Below are positions 36,787 through 45,085 of a DNA stretch of 64,000 nucleotides, piece after piece. Origin of the DNA: Clostridia bacterium (GTDB taxonomy: Bacteria; Bacillota; Clostridia; Christensenellales; UBA1242); NCBI GenBank assembly GCA_045657465.1, contig JAZOTD010000026.1, positions 1,156 to 65,155 of the forward strand. Reading direction: 5' to 3'. The notes under the pieces were generated by a model. The model saw only the letters and a program-made list of their open reading frames with translations, had not been told where the DNA came from and made no database searches. Numbering within the stretch: the first letter of the stretch is position 1; each line of letters starts with the position of its first letter. Position numbers and translations under genes: made by a program.

Positions 36787-37470
36787 ATGAAATTTAACAG
36801 CATCAATACACAATCAAAGGTTTCACAAAATAAAAAACTTTCACAAGAAAAGGTGAGAATGCTTGAGTTGTTTATAAAAACGATGAGTGACGAACAAAGA
36901 CATAAATTTTGGATAAAAACATTGCTTTCTGCGCAAAAAATTTTCCCAGAAATTATAAAAAGAGTCGACAATATCATTGAGCTTCAAGCATCGTCAGTGT
37001 CATTTGCTTCAGATATTTATGGAAGCGAAAATCCAACGATGAAACAATTTGAAAAAGTTATCAACCTAACTGACAGAAAATCATTTTTATTAAACTTAAA
37101 TCTAATTTCTCAACAACTCACTAACGACCTAAACAAAGACGACAAAGATTTTTTAGAGAAAAGATATATTCATGGCATGTCAGTCGAAACATTGGCCGAG
37201 GATTTTTCTATTTCAGTAAGAACTGTATATCGCAGAATTGACAAATTAATCTCACAGATACAAGACAATATTTTAAGGAAAAACTGGTCACTAAAATTTT
37301 TAGAATCACAAATCAAAAATGAATATTGGCTACAACAAAAATTTCTTTCTCATGTAACTGAATATTGCAAGAATTTGAACTATAACATGGCAAAGTTAAA
37401 AAATATTAAAGAAGATCATCATCACCATCATAACGAGGAAAATTTGGATAATTTAAATTTTGGCTCTTAG
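36787..37470 (+). CDS. Transcription regulator with a sigma-70 region-4-like HTH (ArpU/RinA-like late activator or minimal sigma-like factor)
   Basis: 227 aa. The C-terminal half reads ...DKDFLEKRYIHGMSVETLAEDFSISVRTVYRRIDKLISQI..., the region-4 / ArpU-type pattern. RBS GGAGGA. It is divergent from the giant gene across a 430-bp AT-rich spacer. The tail reads EDHHHHHNEE. Confidence 0.55.
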   Translation: MKFNSINTQSKVSQNKKLSQEKVRMLELFIKTMSDEQRHKFWIKTLLSAQKIFPEIIKRVDNIIELQASSVSFASDIYGSENPTMKQFEKVINLTDRKSFLLNLNLISQQLTNDLNKDDKDFLEKRYIHGMSVETLAEDFSISVRTVYRRIDKLISQIQDNILRKNWSLKFLESQIKNEYWLQQKFLSHVTEYCKNLNYNMAKLKNIKEDHHHHHNEENLDNLNFGS

Positions 37471-38374
37471 ATTTATTTATTAGCGATAAATTTTTTAATT
37501 TAAATAATTGCTCCTTTAATTTAGAAACTGTTTTAACTGGTTGGTTTTCCATAGTTTTTTCATTATTGTTTTTTTCTTCAAAATTATCATATTTTGTATT
37601 TTTCTTAAATTTTTTCATTAATTTATACAAAATAATCAAAAATAGCACAATAATTGGAATTACTATTATCGATACCAAAATGGTTTTTAATGATGGGGAA
37701 ATATAAATTACTTTTTCTTTTGGATCAACAGCATCAATTATAGATTCTGGATTACTTTCACTATTAAGCACAATCTCTGACAAATTAACAACGTTTTCAC
37801 TATAAACATATCCTTCATAAACATTAGTTGAGTTGTGATCAGGAACATAACTTACATAATACCAAACATTACTTTTTCCACCACTAGGAACTTTACCTAT
37901 ACAACTTGCAATATATTTTATACCCAAGGTCCCTGCAGAAATTGTTGTTAATGAATCTCCTGACGTTGAAGGAATATTCCAAATTTGTGTTCCTGCACTA
38001 TTTTTTATATCACAAGTAACACCTTGAAGGGTTTTCACCACAGGCACAAACGTTGACCTAATAACATAATTAGAATTTATGTATCCAACAAACCTGTCAT
38101 ATTCAACTTTCAAAACTTCATCTGAAACATCTTCTAAAATATAAACAAAATAACTTTCAGGAACAACAAACAAAACATTATCTTCACTAAAATATAAATC
38201 TTCAGTTTTATAAAGGACACAATTTTCCAATGCCTTAGCATAGCCTGAAAATTCAGCAGAAGATAAAGCAATAGCTCTTTGATTTAAATTAAAATTAATT
38301 AGAAAGATTGATATTAAAAAAACGCAAATTTGTCTCATATTTAGATTATAAATATATCTTTTTTGCTTAAACAT
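37406..38374 (-). CDS. Secreted, membrane-anchored protein: signal peptide, two SH3b-like segments, TM helix, charged cytoplasmic tail
   Basis: Signal peptide ...MRQICVFLISIFLINFNLNQRAIALS. Segments end in VGYINSNYV and EGYVYSENV. TM is LKTILVSIIVIPIIVLFLIILY, followed by a KLMKKFKKNTK... tail. The start may be 38374 or the internal ATG at 38338. Confidence 0.6.
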   Translation of the reverse strand: MFKQKRYIYNLNMRQICVFLISIFLINFNLNQRAIALSSAEFSGYAKALENCVLYKTEDLYFSEDNVLFVVPESYFVYILEDVSDEVLKVEYDRFVGYINSNYVIRSTFVPVVKTLQGVTCDIKNSAGTQIWNIPSTSGDSLTTISAGTLGIKYIASCIGKVPSGGKSNVWYYVSYVPDHNSTNVYEGYVYSENVVNLSEIVLNSESNPESIIDAVDPKEKVIYISPSLKTILVSIIVIPIIVLFLIILYKLMKKFKKNTKYDNFEEKNNNEKTMENQPVKTVSKLKEQLFKLKNLSLINKSKSQNLNYPNFPRYDGDDDLL

Positions 38375-38421
38375 GTGAAATTTGTCTATTTTTGAAGCTT
38401 TCTAATTTATTATTAAACATT

Positions 38422-39858
38422 ATGAAAAAAAATCAAATTTTAAAATTATATCAACTAAAAAATGAAATCACCAGACGAAATATTTTGCCTCTGGCAAATT
38501 ACAACACTGGCAAAATTATTCACAAAAAACAATTAGCATTTCATCGATCTCAAAAAAGAAACAGGTGGGTGTTTGGCGGAAACAGAACCGGAAAAACTGA
38601 ATGTGGTGCCGTTGAAACAATATGGTTATCTCTTGGCTGTCACCCGTACAGAAAAAACAGACAATCAACAGAATGCTGGGTCGTAAGTCTTTCAACAAGA
38701 GTACAAAAAGAAGTTGCCCAAGCAAAAATATTAAAATATCTGCCGAAAACTAGGATATCAAAGATTATTATGGAATCAGGAAATGCATCAACACCTGAAA
38801 TGGGCATAATCGAATGCATTATAGTTAAAAATTATTTTAATAATTTTAGCAAAATCTGGTTTAAGTCTTGCGAGTCTGGCAGAGAAAAATTTCAAGGTTC
38901 TAGCCTTGATTTTGTGTGGTTTGATGAAGAACCACCAGAAGATATTTATAAAGAATGCCAAATGAGAGTTCTTGATAAAAACGGTGAAATTTTTGGAACA
39001 ATGACACCCCTTAAAGGACTCACTTTTATTTATGACGAAATTTATTTAAACAAAAACAATGATGATGAAGTTTTTTATTTATTTATGTCTTGGGAAGACA
39101 ACCCATATCTTAATCAAAAAGAAATAATCAGACTATGTAATTCTATGTCTGAAAGCGAGCTTGCAAGCAGAAAAGATGGCAAATTTGAACTAAAAGATTG
39201 CGGGCTTGTTTATCCCGAATTCGACACAACAATCAATGTCATTGAACCTTTTTCAATCCCTAAAGACTGGCAAGATACAATATCAATTGACCCAGGGCTT
39301 AACAATCCACTTTCTTGTCACTGGTATGCTAGGGATTATGACGACAACATTTATGTGGTCGCAGAACATTTTGAAGCAGGAAAAACCATTGAATATCATG
39401 CGGAAAAAATTAAAAACATCTCCGCCAAATTATCATGGAAAACCGCACCAAATGGCATGATTGAATCGCTTATTGATAGTGCTGCAAATCAAAAAACATT
39501 ATCATCACCAAAAAGTGTAACCGAACTTTTTTATGAAAATGGAATCATGGTAAATCCAAACGTCAACAAAGATTTACTTTCAGGAATATCAAAGGTGAAA
39601 ACCTACTTAAAAAACATTTCAGGAAAAACTAAACTTTATATCTTTTCTTCATGCACAAATTTGATTCAAGAATTTAAAACCTATCGTTGGAATGGCCATG
39701 ACGCACCAATAAAAAAAGATGACCACGCACTTGACGAACTTAGATATTACATAATGAACATAAATGCCAGTAAATCAATCTCAAAAACCCAAACAGAAAT
39801 TCAAAAACACAAAAAACTTTTATACAAAAATTTAAGAAGAGAACAATATGAAAAATAA
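38422..39858 (+). CDS. Phage terminase large subunit
   Basis: Walker A FGGNRTGKTECG, Walker B LDFVWFDEEPP, C-terminal nuclease-like ...KKDDHALDELRYYIM. The ORF track starts at a TTG at 38392. The ATG at 38422 (MKKNQ...) is the more likely start. Confidence 0.8.
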   Translation: MKKNQILKLYQLKNEITRRNILPLANYNTGKIIHKKQLAFHRSQKRNRWVFGGNRTGKTECGAVETIWLSLGCHPYRKNRQSTECWVVSLSTRVQKEVAQAKILKYLPKTRISKIIMESGNASTPEMGIIECIIVKNYFNNFSKIWFKSCESGREKFQGSSLDFVWFDEEPPEDIYKECQMRVLDKNGEIFGTMTPLKGLTFIYDEIYLNKNNDDEVFYLFMSWEDNPYLNQKEIIRLCNSMSESELASRKDGKFELKDCGLVYPEFDTTINVIEPFSIPKDWQDTISIDPGLNNPLSCHWYARDYDDNIYVVAEHFEAGKTIEYHAEKIKNISAKLSWKTAPNGMIESLIDSAANQKTLSSPKSVTELFYENGIMVNPNVNKDLLSGISKVKTYLKNISGKTKLYIFSSCTNLIQEFKTYRWNGHDAPIKKDDHALDELRYYIMNINASKSISKTQTEIQKHKKLLYKNLRREQYEK

Positions 39859-40300
39859 AAAATTTTGTCGTGACGATATCATTAAATTGTTAATAAAACT
39901 CGCTAATGGTTTTTATTATTCAGAAGAACAGTGTGAGTATGAAAAAGTGCAAAATAAATCAAATTTAAACAAAAAACAAGTAGATTATAATAATTTTGCA
40001 GAAAATTATTTAAATAATGTCAGGGGTTGCACACAATTAAATTTCTTGAGTGATATAGTTGAATTATCAAATGAAGAACCAAACAAACATGACAAAAACA
40101 ATGAGAACCTTACTCTTGTTAAAAAGAAAGTTGCCACGCATTTTATTTCGCCTGATATACACGCTGTTAAAATTCTTCTTGAAATTTTTTCTGAAAAGGT
40201 AGGTGATGATTCAATTGAAAATATGAGTGACGAAGAACTCTTAAAACTAAAAAACAACTTAATAGGAGAACTTTTAAATGAATCTAACAAAAACAAATAA
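39848..40300 (+). CDS. Hypothetical phage-module protein (150 aa), possibly small-terminase-like
   Basis: Overlaps the TerL 3' end by 11 nt. The SPDIHAVKILLEIF segment weakly resembles the C-termini of some small terminases. No firm motif. Confidence 0.35.
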   Translation: MKNKKFCRDDIIKLLIKLANGFYYSEEQCEYEKVQNKSNLNKKQVDYNNFAENYLNNVRGCTQLNFLSDIVELSNEEPNKHDKNNENLTLVKKKVATHFISPDIHAVKILLEIFSEKVGDDSIENMSDEELLKLKNNLIGELLNESNKNK

Positions 40301-40448
40301 AATTATAAAATGCGACACTGTTTTATGTCATCAAAATTCAAGCTATATTCTGTCAATCAATAGCTATAAGGGTGATATTTTTCTTTGTGACGCATGTTAT
40401 AAAAAAGTCAAAAATTTATTCAAAAAGGACAACTTGAAACATGAGTAA
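40278..40448 (+). CDS. Small (56-aa) zinc-ribbon-like protein, absent from the supplied ORF track because it is under 60 aa
   Basis: AGGAG at 40265-40269 lies 8 nt before the ATG at 40278. Translation: MNLTKTNKIIKCDTVLCHQNSSYILSINSYKGDIFLCDACYKKVKNLFKKDNLKHE (C-x4-C ... C-x2-C). The stop overlaps the portal start codon. Confidence 0.5.
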   Translation: MNLTKTNKIIKCDTVLCHQNSSYILSINSYKGDIFLCDACYKKVKNLFKKDNLKHE

Positions 40449-42288
40449 AGAAGAACATTTTTATTATAGTGAATTAGAAGATGAAATCATCATCAATTCA
40501 ATTCAAGCCGAGTTTAAGCAACGCCAAATTGAACGCAAACCTTATGAACTAATTTGGGAACTAAATATGAATTTTTATTTAGGTAATCAGTATAGTTATA
40601 TTTCAAACTCAGGTGAACTTCTCGACATCGAAAGAACATATATGTGGGAAAATCGCGAAGTATATAACCACATTGCACCAATCATTGAATCAAGACTCGC
40701 AAAACTCTCAAAGGTTAATCCAAAATTATATATCAAACCTGAGACCACAAATGAAAAAGATATCAATATTTCAAAACTATCAACATCAATACTAAACAAT
40801 TGTCTTGATCGCAACAATTTTAAAAAGATTATTTCAACTGCAACCCATTGGAGCGAAATCACCGGAACATCCTTTTATAAAATTAATTGGAATAGTGATA
40901 AAGGTAATATAATTGGAAATATTAACGGCAATATAATCAATGGAGGTGACGTTCAAATCTCTGCATGTTCACCATTCGAAATATATCCTGACTCAAACGA
41001 AGTTGCAAATATTGAAGATTGTCTATCAATTATTTATGCAAAAGCCATACCAATCAAACAAATTAAAGAAATATATAATATAGATGTAGATGCTGATGAA
41101 ATTGACACATTAGGCATTGACAACAAGGCATACTCATCACACATAAGTGGACGAAGCAATGTTTCTAAAATTATACATTCAACAAAAAATAACTACGCTT
41201 ATGTAATTGAAAGATATGAAAAACCTTCAAAAGAAAGACCAAATGGAAGATTAACAATCATTTGCAAAAATAAACTATTATATGATGGTGATTTGCCATA
41301 CAAACCATCAACTGAAAACACTTTTGTATATCCATTTATAAAACAAATCTCAAATAAGCAACTTTCTTGCTTTTGGGGGAGCAGTGTAATTGAACGATGC
41401 ATTCCAATTCAACGAGCTTATAACGCACTCAAAAACAAAAAACACGAATACATCTCTAGACTTGCAAGCGGGGTGTTAACAGTTGAAGACGGGTCGGTTG
41501 ATATTGACAATCTTGAAGATGAAGGTCTTGCACCTGGAAAAATTTTAGTTTATAGGAACGGATCGACTCCACCAAAATTTATGAACCCAGGAAGCATTCC
41601 AACAGAACTAGAAAAAGAAGAGGCTAGCCTACTTAATGAATTGAACAGCTTATCATGTATGAGTAATATTTCAACAAAATCAATTGTACCATCAAATATC
41701 ACAAGCGGCTCTGCCATTTCAATGCTAATTGAACAAGATGAAAGCAGGTTGTCACTCTGTGCAGAATATATAAGAAACTCAATTAAGCAGGTTGGGGTTT
41801 TTGTAATGAATCTTTTTAAAAATTATGTTACATCTCCAAGAATCAACAAATTAAAATTAACAAACGAAGAAGATGCAATTGTTTATTGGACAAATAATGA
41901 CATTACTGACAAAAACATCGATCTAGAAAATAATAACGAATTGCAAAAAAATCCAACAGAGCAGAAAGATTTACTTTTAACACTTTTTGAAAAAGGTTTT
42001 TTCTGCGATCAAAATGGCCACATTTCATCATCATATAAATCGCAATTAATTAACTCACTTGGAATTAAAAACATCAATATAGAAGATGACCTTTATGAAC
42101 TTCAAAAAAATAAGGCCAACGGCGAAAATCAAGAACCACAAAAAATAAGTCAACCATTAGAAATTGATGACCACAAAATTCACATTGAAGAACATACAAA
42201 ATTTATATTAACAACAACTTTAACAAAAGACCAATTAACCAAACTAACAAACCACATAAAACAACACAAACTTATGTCAAACAATTAG
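40441..42288 (+). CDS. Probable phage portal protein
   Basis: 615 aa, positioned just downstream of the terminase with only two small ORFs between, and followed by scaffold and capsid candidates. The call rests on position and size; no diagnostic motif was recognised. Confidence 0.6.
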   Translation: MSKEEHFYYSELEDEIIINSIQAEFKQRQIERKPYELIWELNMNFYLGNQYSYISNSGELLDIERTYMWENREVYNHIAPIIESRLAKLSKVNPKLYIKPETTNEKDINISKLSTSILNNCLDRNNFKKIISTATHWSEITGTSFYKINWNSDKGNIIGNINGNIINGGDVQISACSPFEIYPDSNEVANIEDCLSIIYAKAIPIKQIKEIYNIDVDADEIDTLGIDNKAYSSHISGRSNVSKIIHSTKNNYAYVIERYEKPSKERPNGRLTIICKNKLLYDGDLPYKPSTENTFVYPFIKQISNKQLSCFWGSSVIERCIPIQRAYNALKNKKHEYISRLASGVLTVEDGSVDIDNLEDEGLAPGKILVYRNGSTPPKFMNPGSIPTELEKEEASLLNELNSLSCMSNISTKSIVPSNITSGSAISMLIEQDESRLSLCAEYIRNSIKQVGVFVMNLFKNYVTSPRINKLKLTNEEDAIVYWTNNDITDKNIDLENNNELQKNPTEQKDLLLTLFEKGFFCDQNGHISSSYKSQLINSLGIKNINIEDDLYELQKNKANGENQEPQKISQPLEIDDHKIHIEEHTKFILTTTLTKDQLTKLTNHIKQHKLMSNN

Positions 42289-42297
42289 GAGAATAAT

Positions 42298-42888
42298 ATG
42301 GAAGAAATTTTAGAACAACCATCTCTTGAAACTGAACTAAATGACCATGGATTAGATTCAGCAAATCAAGAAGGCTCTATCTATGGAAAGTTTAAAGATG
42401 CAAAAACATTGCTTGATGCTTATAACTCACTTCAGGCAGAATTTACAAGAAAAAGCCAGAAATTAGCAGAATTTCAAAGAGAAAATGAAAATATTGCGGT
42501 TTTTAACAAAGAAGATTCACTTGATGAAATTTTAAAAGATGAAACAACTGACAAAGAGAAATATAAAAAGGAAATCACGGAGATTTTATCTACAAACAAT
42601 TTAGATAATCTGCCAAACAAGTATCATGTTGCTTTTAAAATTGCTAAAACTGTCGAGCAAAAAGTTGCAGACAATTTAAACAACATCCAATTTGTTGACG
42701 AGTATTTAACTAAAAACACTTCACTCAAAGAAAAAATAATTGGTGAATATTTATCAACTTTAAATAATATTTCAACCCCACCAAAAATGATTTCAGGCAA
42801 TCCTTCAACAATTCACTATTCAAATACTATTTCGCAGCCAAAAACATTACGTGAAGCGGGTGAAATATTTTCAAAAATGTTAAAATAA
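42298..42888 (+). CDS. Probable capsid scaffolding protein
   Basis: 196 aa, acidic, coiled-coil-like (GKFKDAKTLLDAYNSLQAEFTRKSQKLAEFQRE). Sits between the portal and capsid candidates. RBS AGGAG. Confidence 0.55.
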   Translation: MEEILEQPSLETELNDHGLDSANQEGSIYGKFKDAKTLLDAYNSLQAEFTRKSQKLAEFQRENENIAVFNKEDSLDEILKDETTDKEKYKKEITEILSTNNLDNLPNKYHVAFKIAKTVEQKVADNLNNIQFVDEYLTKNTSLKEKIIGEYLSTLNNISTPPKMISGNPSTIHYSNTISQPKTLREAGEIFSKMLK

Positions 42889-42897
42889 GGAGAATTT

Positions 42898-44070
42898 ATG
42901 ATTACATTATCAACAGCTGACAACGCGCTACGTGAAGTCTATCTTGGTGTTTTAGCAAACCAACTAAACACAACAATCAACCCATTACTTGCAAGAATCA
43001 ACCAAACAACATCAGATGTTTGGGGTAAGGAAATTAGAAAAATTGCTCCATATGGCATCAACGGTGGTATTGGTGCAGGAACAGAAGATGGAGCACTTCC
43101 AACAGCCTCTGCGACAAATTACGCACAATTTGTTTTGCCACTAAAAAACCTTTATGGAAAAATTGAAATTTCAGATAAAGCAATTAGAGCTTCTGAAAGT
43201 TCAACTGGTGCTTTTGTTAACTTGCTTAACTCTGAAATGGAAAATCTTTTAAAGTCTAGTGCATTTAACTTTGGAAGAATGCTCTATGGTGATGGTAGCG
43301 GTTCACTCGCAAAAACACTTAACAACACAACTGAATATATTGAAGTAAACACAACAACAAATTTAATTGAAGGAATGATTGTTGATATCGTTAATGATAG
43401 AGATATAATTGTTTATTCTGGAATTAAAATTGTATCTATTGACCGAATTAACAACAGGGTTTATCCAGCCTCAATGCCATGCGGAGCAGATGTTTTATAT
43501 GACACAGAATTCGATATCGTTGTTCAAGGCTCATACAAAAATGAAATTACTGGTCTTGGAGCAATCTTTTCAAACACTGGCAGCTTGTATGGTTTAGACC
43601 GTGAAACACACAAATGGCTTGTTCCATATATGAAAGATCATTCTGGTCAAGACATCACTGAAAATGCAATGCAAACAGCAATTGACGAACTTGATGAATA
43701 CACAAACAGCAAGGTTGACTTTATTGTTTGTTCTGCAGGTGTAAAGAGAAATTATCAAAACTATCTTGCATCATACAGAAGCAATATTGATGTTCTTAAT
43801 CTTGAAGGTGGCTTTAAAGCAATTTCTTATAACGGAATCCCAGTAGTATCTGACAGATTCGTTCCTGCAAAAACAATGTTCTTGCTTGACACAAAAGAAT
43901 TCAATATGCACCAACTTTGCGATTGGAAATGGCTTGAAAGTGAAGATGGTAGGGTAATTAAACAAACTTTAAATAAACCTACTTATCAAGCAACACTTGT
44001 AAAATATGCTGACCTCATCTGTAACAAACCAGCTGGACAAGCAAAACTTTCAAATGTGAAAGAATCTTAA
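42898..44070 (+). CDS. Probable major capsid protein (HK97-fold expected)
   Basis: 390 aa, directly after the scaffold-like gene, with a strong RBS AAGGAG and a strong hairpin after it. The call rests on position and size. Confidence 0.6.
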   Translation: MITLSTADNALREVYLGVLANQLNTTINPLLARINQTTSDVWGKEIRKIAPYGINGGIGAGTEDGALPTASATNYAQFVLPLKNLYGKIEISDKAIRASESSTGAFVNLLNSEMENLLKSSAFNFGRMLYGDGSGSLAKTLNNTTEYIEVNTTTNLIEGMIVDIVNDRDIIVYSGIKIVSIDRINNRVYPASMPCGADVLYDTEFDIVVQGSYKNEITGLGAIFSNTGSLYGLDRETHKWLVPYMKDHSGQDITENAMQTAIDELDEYTNSKVDFIVCSAGVKRNYQNYLASYRSNIDVLNLEGGFKAISYNGIPVVSDRFVPAKTMFLLDTKEFNMHQLCDWKWLESEDGRVIKQTLNKPTYQATLVKYADLICNKPAGQAKLSNVKES

Positions 44071-44079
44071 TATAATCAC

Positions 44080-44107
44080 ATATCCACATGATTTTTCATG
44101 TGGATAT
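44080..44107 (+). terminator. Perfect 11-bp stem-loop after the capsid gene (attenuator or partial terminator)
   Basis: ATATCCACATG-ATTTTT-CATGTGGATAT. There is no long T-run afterwards. Confidence 0.45.
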
Positions 44108-44126
44108 ATTGATAAAAGGACGATTT

Positions 44127-44513
44127 ATGAAGTTTAATGAAAAATATTTTAAAGAATATAAAGATATGTTTAATGTTTATAATTTAATAACTAAAATAAA
44201 CCCAAACTATAAACTATTTCGCAATAACAAAACAAACACATTTATCATTGTAAATTCTGCAAAAAATAATCAAATTTGCTTAAATTTTGATAATTTTAAT
44301 CAAAATATTTTAAAAACTCTGCAATATACAAAAATAGAAAATTCAAAAAATGTGTTTAATGATATTGAAAAAAACAATCTAATAATAAAAGAAAACTTTA
44401 ACAAAACACTTAAAAAACAAACCACTGATAAGATGTGTGAAATTGCAAACTTTTCAAAACGAGTAAACCGTCTTTCAACAAATTCAATTAATAAAATTAT
44501 AGGAGCAGACTAA
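44127..44513 (+). CDS. Hypothetical phage-module protein (128 aa)
   Basis: RBS AAAGGA before the ATG at 44127. The ORF-track start at 44088 lies inside the hairpin. Asn/Lys-rich with no motif recognised. Confidence 0.45.
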   Translation: MKFNEKYFKEYKDMFNVYNLITKINPNYKLFRNNKTNTFIIVNSAKNNQICLNFDNFNQNILKTLQYTKIENSKNVFNDIEKNNLIIKENFNKTLKKQTTDKMCEIANFSKRVNRLSTNSINKIIGAD

Positions 44514-45085
44514 TGTTAAAAAATATTTTAATTAAATGCGCCGAACTCTTAAATAGAAATGATATTGTTAAATCTTTAAAATCAATTGATAAAATCGACT
44601 CCATTCTTGATGAAACTTTAAAAAGTGATGTTTATAGGCTGATTAATTACTTTAATTTTACTTCTAACACAATGTTTGAAAATTATTTTGATTTAACTCA
44701 CAGCGAACAATTAAGTTCTAATAGTTCAAACATTATCAACTATTCAAGTTTTTCATACACTCCTGTCAAAATTTTATCAGTCAAAGATACTAACGGAAAC
44801 GAAAATGTTGCAACTGTTTTATCTACACATATATTAACACATAAAGCGCGCGCAACTTATACAATCTCTTATGCATATATTCCACATGAACTAAAAAATC
44901 TAACAGATGAACTTGAATTTCCTGAAAGATTGTCAAAGATAATTTGTTATGGAGTGGTTAGTGAATTTTTTGCATGCAAAAACTGTTATGAACAAAGTGA
45001 GTTCTGGAAAAATAGATTTATGTATGAAATATTTAAATTTAAAACAAGAAAGGAAAGACGTGTTAAGTCAACATTTAAATTATGA
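44513..45085 (+). CDS. Hypothetical phage-module protein (190 aa), candidate head-completion or connector protein by position
   Basis: RBS AGGAG. The start overlaps the previous stop (TAATG), and its TGA stop overlaps the next ATG (ATGA). Confidence 0.45.
   Translation: MLKNILIKCAELLNRNDIVKSLKSIDKIDSILDETLKSDVYRLINYFNFTSNTMFENYFDLTHSEQLSSNSSNIINYSSFSYTPVKILSVKDTNGNENVATVLSTHILTHKARATYTISYAYIPHELKNLTDELEFPERLSKIICYGVVSEFFACKNCYEQSEFWKNRFMYEIFKFKTRKERRVKSTFKL

Noticed and set aside
37417-37431. A run of five His codons (CAT CAT CAC CAT CAT) at the C-terminus of the regulator, which looked like an engineered His-tag and so a synthetic construct.
   Set aside because: Only five His are present, embedded in the native-looking EDHHHHHNEENLDNLNFGS. 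There are no vector, linker or protease-site sequences, and the opposite strand simultaneously encodes the tail of a convergent gene. It is most likely natural low-complexity sequence.
38392-38421. The TTG start for the terminase gene given by the ORF track.
   Set aside because: There is no RBS, and it lies only 17 nt from the divergent gene's start codon. The ATG at 38422 (MKKNQILKLY...) is a more conventional start, although it also lacks a clear Shine-Dalgarno.
45082-45085. Possibility that the organism uses genetic code 4 (TGA = Trp, Mollicutes-like), given the AT-richness.
   Set aside because: TGA terminates at least three ORFs at sensible ends, in ATGA overlaps at 45082-45085 and 55029-55032 and at the helD stop at 57216-57218. 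Trp is encoded by TGG throughout (for example the GW motifs). The standard bacterial code fits.
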